A stretch of 64,000 nt of DNA. Source: Bdellovibrionales bacterium. Lineage in GTDB: Bacteria > Bdellovibrionota > UBA1018 > CAIMNF01. Shown here piece by piece: positions 57,516 through 64,000 of this stretch. Position numbers and translations under genes: made by a program. How positions within the stretch are numbered: the stretch's first letter is position 1; every line of letters begins with the position of its first letter. The stretch is from the NCBI GenBank assembly GCA_040380025.1, contig JBEIJY010000001.1, positions 1-64,000 on the forward strand, written 5' to 3'. Under the pieces are notes generated by a model that saw only the letters and a list, made by a program, of their open reading frames with translations, did not search any database and was not told the DNA's origin.

Positions 57516-58795
57516 TGCGTCTTGGAATCAGCGTTCTTGCCCTGTACTCGATTCTCTCCCTGTCCTCGATGGCGGGCATGAACATCGCTTTTGGCCTCGT
57601 GTTCTTGGTATTCCTGATCGCCGTGGTGCCGCATCGATCCCGGGCGTTCTCCGCCGTTTCCTCGGTGCCGGAATTCCGAGACTATCGAATCACGGCGGGA
57701 GCCCTCTTCGTCACCTGCCTGCTCAGTCTCACCCTGGCGAAGTTTTTCCCCTTCTCCTATGCGGGCCACGCTCCCGAGATCACCACCCATGGATTCCTGA
57801 AGATCTGGTATCTGATCTGCCCGTTCCTTCTGGCCTGCACCTTCGCCTCCCAGGCCTTCGATCCCCGTGAAAACCTGAAATTCATTCTGCGCGCCTGGTG
57901 GACTGCCACCGCTCTTTTGCTCGGAGTGGCGCTCGTGCAGTTCGAGACCGGATGGATCCACCCGCAGTCGATCCCCACGAACCCGGGAAAATACCACGTG
58001 ACGTTGTTCCTCGGGCACCACCTGTCGACTTCGAGCGTCTTTCTCTTTCCTGCTTTCACCGCACTTGCGGTGGTCATGGGTCGACTCCGGCGCGGACTCT
58101 CCCTCCCGCGTCTCGAGACGGCCGCCGCGGTCTCTGGCCTTGTGATCTTGTTTTTGAGCTATGCGCGAACCGCATGGCTTGCGATTCCGATCGGACTGAT
58201 CCTCGTGCTCGCGCGGAACCTGAAACCCCGTCATCTGGCTCTGGCTTTATTAGGTCTCACTCTGGCGATTGGTGTCGGATCGCAAACCCCGGCGATGAAG
58301 GAGCGGATTCGCAATTCCATGGGAATCCAGGACCGTTTCCGTCTTTGGGAAGCGAATCTGGATTTCTTCCGGAATCGTCCGATCACAGGAATCGGCTGGC
58401 TCAAGACCGGCGAGATGTCTGAGTTCTACTTCAAAGAAAAAGACCCGGAAAACTACAAGTCGTACTTCTGGGGCCACGCCCACAACAATCTATTTGAAAT
58501 GCTCGGAGGCACGGGGATCCTGGGAACGATCGCGTTCCTCTTCTGGAGCGGCTTCACCTTCCGCTTCGCACTTCGGACCCGATCCCGGGCTGAAGCCTGC
58601 AAAGAGGACTTCCTCGAGGATGTCGCGCACGGGATCTTCGTCGCGCTCCTCTTGCTCCATTTTAACGGCATGACGAACGTGACCTTCTGGGAAGGCAAGG
58701 TCATGCATCAGCAGATGTTCGGGATCGGAATCCTCTTCATGATCCGGATCGCCTTGAACCGGATTCATGGCCAAGGAACCCCTTCGGGATCCTAG
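57512..58795 (+). CDS. O-antigen ligase (Wzy_C)-like membrane protein
   Basis: Multiple TM helices; ARTAW, R..LW, PITGIG and HAHNN motifs. Confidence 0.85.
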   Translation: MMRLGISVLALYSILSLSSMAGMNIAFGLVFLVFLIAVVPHRSRAFSAVSSVPEFRDYRITAGALFVTCLLSLTLAKFFPFSYAGHAPEITTHGFLKIWYLICPFLLACTFASQAFDPRENLKFILRAWWTATALLLGVALVQFETGWIHPQSIPTNPGKYHVTLFLGHHLSTSSVFLFPAFTALAVVMGRLRRGLSLPRLETAAAVSGLVILFLSYARTAWLAIPIGLILVLARNLKPRHLALALLGLTLAIGVGSQTPAMKERIRNSMGIQDRFRLWEANLDFFRNRPITGIGWLKTGEMSEFYFKEKDPENYKSYFWGHAHNNLFEMLGGTGILGTIAFLFWSGFTFRFALRTRSRAEACKEDFLEDVAHGIFVALLLLHFNGMTNVTFWEGKVMHQQMFGIGILFMIRIALNRIHGQGTPSGS

Positions 58796-59277
58796 TGGTG
58801 ATGTCCGCCGGGGCCGTGCACGTGCCCGTGGGCGATTTCTTCGGCGGTCGCCTCGCGGATCGCGATCATCTCGACATCGAAGGTGAGGTCTTCACCGGCA
58901 AGGGGATGGTTCCCGTCGAGAGTGATCTCGCTGCCTTCGATCTGAATCACACGGAACAAGAGCACTTCGCCGTTCGGGCCGGAAGCCTGGAACTGGTCGC
59001 CTTCGCTCAACTCGCTGTCGGCAGGAAGTTTTTCGCGGGGAACCTTGATGACCAGCTGGTCGTCCGCAACACCGTAGGCATCCGCCGCGGCAACATTGAT
59101 TTTACGTTGGTCGCCGATGCTCAAAAGAGAAAGCGCGCGCTCGAGACCGGGAATGATCTGTCCCGAGTTCTCGATGTACGAGAACGGAACATTCTGGTCG
59201 CGGGAAGTATCGAGTACTTCACCGGAAGAGTCTGTCAGAGTATAATGGAACGAAATCACCCGCTTTTGGTTGGTCAT
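58792..59277 (-). CDS. slyD: FKBP-type peptidyl-prolyl isomerase SlyD
   Basis: IIPGLE and DGNHPLAG motifs; His-rich tail. Confidence 0.93.
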   Translation of the reverse strand: MTNQKRVISFHYTLTDSSGEVLDTSRDQNVPFSYIENSGQIIPGLERALSLLSIGDQRKINVAAADAYGVADDQLVIKVPREKLPADSELSEGDQFQASGPNGEVLLFRVIQIEGSEITLDGNHPLAGEDLTFDVEMIAIREATAEEIAHGHVHGPGGHHH

Positions 59278-59345
59278 GGCTTCTGCCTTTCTTGGTTCAA
59301 TCCGCGGGAGTAGAGCACAAAAGCCAGAGAAAGTCAGCATATTTC

Positions 59346-60425
59346 ATGGAACCCCTGATGAAACCCAGAAAAATCCTCGTTCTCTACACCGGTGGCACCT
59401 TCGGAATGTCCGAGACCCTCGAGATTCCGGACCTCTCCGCCTCCGCCCTGAAAAAACGTCTCGAATCCTCCGTCCCGGAAATGCGCCAGATCGCTCGCTG
59501 TACGGTCAAAGTGCTGTTCAACACCGACAGTTGTCAGATGGGACTCTCCCACTGGATTCGAATGGCGGAAGTGATCCGTGACCATGAAAACGAGTTCGAC
59601 GGGGTGGTGATCCTCCACGGCACCGACACGCTCGCGTATTCTGCGGCCGCCCTCTCCTGCCTTCTTTCGCCGGCTCCGGTTCCGGTGGTCTTGACCGGCG
59701 CCCAGAAGCCCTTGAGCGCCCTCCGCAATGATGCCCGCACGAACCTGATCACCGCGCTCGAGGTCGCCGCCCGGGCTCCGAAGGAGCTGCAAAACCGGGT
59801 GCTCGTGGCCTTCCATGACGAGGTGTTCTTGGGATCGAGAATCCGGAAACTCGGGGCTCTTCGGTTTGATGCGTTCGAGAGCCCGAGGTTTCCGATTCTT
59901 GCCCGGGTGGGAAGCACCATCCGGTATGAGAACGCCATTCATCATCTGCCAAAAATCCGGACGGATTCGAAACCATTCGTTTCATCGGCACCGCTGAAGG
60001 CGCCCTCCATCCTGAAGCTCGAAGTGACCCCGGAGTTCCCAGGCCACCTCTTCACCCGCGATCTGCTGGCCGGCATCGACGGAATTCTGCTGACCCTGTA
60101 CACCTCGGGCACGGCACCCACCGAAAATCCGTCTTTTTTGCGATTTCTGGAATCGGCGAAAGAAACCCTGACCCCCGTCTGGGCGATCACCGAGCGGGGA
60201 GAGGCCCCGCTCCGGCTCTCTTCGTATGCGGCCGGAAAACAGCTGGAACGCCTGGGTGTGCTCTGGTGCCCGGACCTCACCCCCGAAGCGGCCATGGTGA
60301 AGGCCCAGCTTCTTCATGTCCGCGCGGGTACGCTCCACGGGAACACCCGCAAAAAGCACTACGAATGGCTCAAGAAGAATTGGGCGAAGGCTCTGGGCGA
60401 CGAGACCAGCCCGCAACGCCCTTGA
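59346..60425 (+). CDS. ansA: L-asparaginase type I
   Basis: YTGGTFG, HGTDTLAY and TGAQ motifs; 59358 is an alternative start. Confidence 0.88.
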   Translation: MEPLMKPRKILVLYTGGTFGMSETLEIPDLSASALKKRLESSVPEMRQIARCTVKVLFNTDSCQMGLSHWIRMAEVIRDHENEFDGVVILHGTDTLAYSAAALSCLLSPAPVPVVLTGAQKPLSALRNDARTNLITALEVAARAPKELQNRVLVAFHDEVFLGSRIRKLGALRFDAFESPRFPILARVGSTIRYENAIHHLPKIRTDSKPFVSSAPLKAPSILKLEVTPEFPGHLFTRDLLAGIDGILLTLYTSGTAPTENPSFLRFLESAKETLTPVWAITERGEAPLRLSSYAAGKQLERLGVLWCPDLTPEAAMVKAQLLHVRAGTLHGNTRKKHYEWLKKNWAKALGDETSPQRP

Positions 60426-61104
60426 ATCCCGACCGGTGGATGCAGGTCACTCCCAGTTCCCGGATTTTTTCTTGATGAAACGGGGTAGGATACCCCTTGT
60501 GTTGCCGGAATCCGTAGCCGGGAAATCGCTCCTCGCATTGCTCCATCAAAGCATCCCGATGGACTTTCGCCGCCACGGAGGCGCATGCGATCGAGAGCGA
60601 TTTTGAATCCCCCTTCACAATGGCCCGTCCGCGATCCTTGAGCCCTGCGGGAACCATGTTTCCGTCGACCAGAACCAGATCGGCTTTTCTTCCCAGGACC
60701 TCTTCCAGGCGGCTCACCGCGCGCTCCATGGCCAAGTGGGAAGCGCGAAGGATGTTCCGCTCGTTGATCTCCTCGACCGAGGCTTCGGCCACCGAAAGAC
60801 GGACTCCGCATTCGACGAGAGCCCGGGCCAGCGGCTCCCGGTTTTTTTCAGGAATGAGCTTGGAATCCCTGACCTCGAAAAGCACATGATCAGAAGGAGA
60901 AGAGGGTCTTGCGCCGTCCTCTCCGAATCCGAGGGTCCGGACATGAACAGGGTCAAGAACTGCGGCACCGGCGACGACCGGGCCGGCAAGGCATCCCCTT
61001 CCCGCCTCATCCACTCCGATGATCAGACGACCTGAAATAAAAAACCCAAGGGCCGTTTCTTCCTTCAAATCAGGAAAAAGACCCTTGGGTTTTTTTGGAT
61101 TCAT
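60370..61104 (-). CDS. rnhB: Ribonuclease HII
   Basis: GVDEAGRG, DSK, VDG, KGD and HKGYPT motifs. Confidence 0.96.
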   Translation of the reverse strand: MNPKKPKGLFPDLKEETALGFFISGRLIIGVDEAGRGCLAGPVVAGAAVLDPVHVRTLGFGEDGARPSSPSDHVLFEVRDSKLIPEKNREPLARALVECGVRLSVAEASVEEINERNILRASHLAMERAVSRLEEVLGRKADLVLVDGNMVPAGLKDRGRAIVKGDSKSLSIACASVAAKVHRDALMEQCEERFPGYGFRQHKGYPTPFHQEKIRELGVTCIHRSGFKGVAGWSRRPEPSPNSS

Positions 61105-61116
61105 TTCAAAAGAGAA

Positions 61117-61572
61117 TCAGTTCTTCGCTTTTGCTGCGGCCGAAGCGGCTGCGGATTCGCGGGACTGGACATCGGATTCGATGCGAGCCGCTTTTCCTTC
61201 GAGGCCGCGAACATAGTACAGCTTCGAACGGCGGACTTTACCGCGAGCGATCACTTCGATCTCCGCAACGGTGGGAGAAGTCTCGAGGAAGATCCGCTCG
61301 ACGCCCACGCCGTGGGAGATCTTGCGAACGATGAAAGACTTGCCACCGCCGTGGTTTCCGCGCTTGATCACGGTTCCTTCGAACAGCTGGATCCGTTCTT
61401 TCTCGCCCTCTTTGATTTTTACGTGAACTTTCACGGTGTCTCCCGCGTTGAATTCAGGGAGATTGCTCCGGGCAATGCCCGCATCGACTTGAGCGACCGC
61501 GTTCGACAGGCCATGCGAGTTGTCGTACTGCGCTTTTCTGCGGGATTTCCGTTTGATTACTTTCTGTGCCAT
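61117..61572 (-). CDS. rplS: 50S ribosomal protein L19 (basic N-terminal extension)
   Basis: [15 protein letters not shown] and [10 protein letters not shown] motifs. Confidence 0.97.
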   Translation of the reverse strand: MAQKVIKRKSRRKAQYDNSHGLSNAVAQVDAGIARSNLPEFNAGDTVKVHVKIKEGEKERIQLFEGTVIKRGNHGGGKSFIVRKISHGVGVERIFLETSPTVAEIEVIARGKVRRSKLYYVRGLEGKAARIESDVQSRESAAASAAAKAKN

Positions 61573-61681
61573 GGTCTTAACTCCAAAACCGGGGATTAAT
61601 TAAACTGCCAATGAATTTAGAACGTCAATTCTTATCAGGGCTTAAGGGATAAGACAACGCTTTTTTCGGTCGAATCCGGGA

Positions 61682-62263
61682 TCAGGTACCGAAAAGACGG
61701 TCCAGAATGATCGCTCCGGCCGCACGGACCGAAAGATGGTTGTACCCGTCCTTGCCCAAGGGACCGTAAATCGGTGCAAGAAAAGTATCCACCTCCGCAA
61801 AAAACGGCTCGTCGATCCCCCACCCCGTACCCAGAACAATCACCTTGATTCCCGGGGATTCCGCCTCCCACCGGGCCCGTACCTCACGGTAAGGCCTCTG
61901 ATCGGCCAAAGGCCGAGCATCCGGCATGACCACCTCAAGCGGAAGCCCGGGGTACTGATCGCGAAGATGAGCCTTCACCGCGGCGAAATCCGGAACACAC
62001 CGTACCCGTGACAAGGCCTCGGCGCGATCGGGATGCCATTCGCGACTCAAGCCCCGCCCCCAATGGCCGAGAATCCGGCTCACCAGCGCGGATTGCTCCA
62101 CCACGGGCGTCACCAAAAAATAATGATCGAGTTCGAAGGTGCGCGCACTCCGGGACAGATCATGGATATCGAGATTCGTGACCGAGGTGACCACCCGCTC
62201 ACCCTTGCGATTCGTGACCGGATCATGCAGAAGCACCAAAGCGGTACGATGGACAGCTTTCAT
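61682..62263 (-). CDS. SPOUT-type RNA methyltransferase (TrmD-associated)
   Basis: TSVTNLDIHDLSR, LGTGWG and YNHLSVR motifs; ATGA-coupled to trmD. Confidence 0.88.
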   Translation of the reverse strand: MKAVHRTALVLLHDPVTNRKGERVVTSVTNLDIHDLSRSARTFELDHYFLVTPVVEQSALVSRILGHWGRGLSREWHPDRAEALSRVRCVPDFAAVKAHLRDQYPGLPLEVVMPDARPLADQRPYREVRARWEAESPGIKVIVLGTGWGIDEPFFAEVDTFLAPIYGPLGKDGYNHLSVRAAGAIILDRLFGT

Positions 62264-63018
62264 TTTTTTTCCTGTCCGGGATGCTTCTGGCTCTGCCCGG
62301 GAGATTCGCAAACCAGATCAGGTCGCTTTCGATGCGTTCGCTCGAGACTCTGCGCCTTCCGCCATTCCGCGATTTTTGCGTGATTTCCGCTCAAAAGAAC
62401 TTCAGGGACCTTCCGCCCCAGAAACTCCGGGGGACGGGTGTACTGGGGGGCCTTGAGCAGTCCGCCCTCGAGGCTATCAGACGAAACCGACTCCTCGTTT
62501 CCCACCACGCCCGGAACGAGCCGGATCAGAACATCGCTCGCCACCACTGCGGCGAACTCTCCTCCGGTCAGAACGTAATTGCCGATCGAAAGCTCTTCAT
62601 CCACGCAGGCATCGATGAACCGCTCGTCGACGCCCTCATAATGACCGCAGACAAAAACGATGTGCTCATAGCGTTTCACCCAGTCCTTTGCGAGGTCTTG
62701 GGTCAGAAGCCGACCCTGCGGAGAGAGCAAGACCGTGAAGGGCCGCGAAGGGGAATCGCTGTTCTTCTCTTCGAGCGAGGTCACGGAACTCCACGCCTCG
62801 AACAATACGTCTGCACGCAGGAGCATGCCAGCTCCCCCGCCGTAGCAAGTGTCGTCCACGGTGCGATGCTTGTTTTTGGCGAAATCCCGGATCTGAATGA
62901 ATTCGAGCTCGAACTGATTCGAGGCACGGGCTTTTCCCACGAGACTGTGGGAAAGGCCTTGATCAATCATCCCGGGAAAGAGACTCAGATACGAGATCTT
63001 CTTCAATGCCATGATCAC
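62260..63018 (-). CDS. trmD: tRNA (guanine37-N1)-methyltransferase
   Basis: VDD..YGGGAGM, CGHYEGVDER and YTRP motifs; ATG 63012 is an alternative start. Confidence 0.97.
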   Translation of the reverse strand: MIMALKKISYLSLFPGMIDQGLSHSLVGKARASNQFELEFIQIRDFAKNKHRTVDDTCYGGGAGMLLRADVLFEAWSSVTSLEEKNSDSPSRPFTVLLSPQGRLLTQDLAKDWVKRYEHIVFVCGHYEGVDERFIDACVDEELSIGNYVLTGGEFAAVVASDVLIRLVPGVVGNEESVSSDSLEGGLLKAPQYTRPPEFLGRKVPEVLLSGNHAKIAEWRKAQSLERTHRKRPDLVCESPGQSQKHPGQEKK

Positions 63019-63067
63019 GCCATTGCCCGCGGGTGCGCTTCACCCCTAGACCGTGAGCCCTACGGCC

Positions 63068-63331
63068 TCATTCCACGATTTCCAGCACCGTACGGCGCTT
63101 GATCTTCGTGGCGGCGCCAAGAAGAATCGTGCGAATGGCTTTGGCAGTATTGCCTTGCTTCCCGATGATCTTGCCGATGTCGCTCTTGGCGACCCGGAGC
63201 TCGATCACAGTGGTGTTTTCTCCCGCCACTTCTTTCACACTCACTTGTTCCGGCGAGTCCACGAGGGCTTTTGCCATCACTTCGATCATGTGCGCGAGTT
63301 CTGCGGTGGATGGGGTCGGTGCCGTAGCCAT
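63068..63331 (-). CDS. khpA: KH-domain RNA-binding protein
   Basis: [17 protein letters not shown] motif; located after rpsP. Confidence 0.92.
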   Translation of the reverse strand: MATAPTPSTAELAHMIEVMAKALVDSPEQVSVKEVAGENTTVIELRVAKSDIGKIIGKQGNTAKAIRTILLGAATKIKRRTVLEIVE

Positions 63332-63354
63332 GCGATCTCCGCTGATAGGGACTG

Positions 63355-63594
63355 TTACTTCGCAGCCTTGACGATTTGTTCGACCGTCAGGGTGAGCTGG
63401 GCGCCCTTGGCGATCCAAGCGTCGAATTTGGCTTGATCCAGCTTGAGCTTGTCTTTGCTGTTCTCGGCCTTCGGGTAATAGAACCCGAGTTTCTCAAAAA
63501 ACTTTCCGTTGCGGGCCGCGGTCTCGTTCGCCGCGACGATCAAATACTGGGGGCATTTCTTTGCGCCTTGGCGCTGAAGTCTGATCTTCACCAT
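63355..63594 (-). CDS. rpsP: 30S ribosomal protein S16
   Basis: MVKIRL, EKLGFY and GAQ motifs. Confidence 0.96.
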   Translation of the reverse strand: MVKIRLQRQGAKKCPQYLIVAANETAARNGKFFEKLGFYYPKAENSKDKLKLDQAKFDAWIAKGAQLTLTVEQIVKAAK

Positions 63595-63642
63595 AAATAA
63601 ATTATCCTTTCGAAAGAGCTGAAGTTACCAATGGACAGGTGT

Positions 63643-64000
63643 TCAAGTCAACCGTTCTTCTCGGGTCTTCTCGCGGAAGGTCCCGAAAACATGATCCCAA
63701 AGTGGAGAACTCACGCCCCACTTCCCGCCTTTTTTGAGGTAGTGGTGCTTCATGTGGTTCTCCTTGAGTGCACGCCCCCAGGCCGTCTTGGGGCGGAAGT
63801 GGTGGGTCGCGAAATGAATATAGTCGTATACGAGGTAGCCCGACATGAACCCGGCAAAGAAGGGCCTGCACAGCTCACCCCCGAGAACTGCCGCAAAAAG
63901 CACATAAAACAGCGACGCTAGGGTGATCGAGACCACGGGCGGCATCACGAGCCGGGTCGGATCCTCGGGATCGTCGTGGTGGATGCCGTGGAACAGAAAC
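63643..64000 (-). CDS. Fatty acid hydroxylase/sterol desaturase family protein (5' end beyond the window)
   Basis: HGIHHDDP, YDYIHFATHH, HMKHH and WDHVFGT motifs. Confidence 0.9.
   Translation of the reverse strand, partial: FLFHGIHHDDPEDPTRLVMPPVVSITLASLFYVLFAAVLGGELCRPFFAGFMSGYLVYDYIHFATHHFRPKTAWGRALKENHMKHHYLKKGGKWGVSSPLWDHVFGTFREKTREERLT

Noticed and set aside
1..64000. Mobile elements, prophage, defence systems, tRNA or rRNA
   Set aside because: No transposase, integrase, phage, cas, RT or restriction motifs and no tRNA cloverleaf were recognised by eye.

Overview
A GC-rich (roughly 55-60% by eye) bacterial chromosomal window, mostly core genes. The gene repertoire and protein styles suggest a Bdellovibrionota-like organism (inference only). 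Contents in order: the 3' part of a giant repetitive Ig-like surface protein ending in an FGE-sulfatase/C-type-lectin-like domain (1-nt frameshift near 560); ung; split pntAB; a sigma54-type stress cluster; motAB; hmgA-nth; a cheA-cheW-cheR*-cheB* operon with unusual domain fusions; a PilZ/cheY/HD-GYP locus; thrS; prmA; RNase E/G; deoC-deoB-deoA-cdd; secreted peptidases; an HU-like protein; fahA-maiA; and an rpsP-khpA-trmD-rplS-rnhB cluster without rimM. No mobile element, CRISPR array, rRNA or tRNA was recognised. The most striking unexplained signals are: (1) an unannotated ~250-nt multi-branched minus-strand RNA at 9440-9691, with its own extended -10 and terminator, overlapped by an SD-led 27-aa ORF ending HLAGPPR; (2) a repeated leaderless promoter-to-ATG architecture at about 8 genes; (3) CheR-REC-pseudo-domain and CheD-like-CheB fusions; (4) the lectin-tipped adhesin, which resembles a DGR target but has no RT in the window. 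All calls are by eye from motifs; no searches were run.
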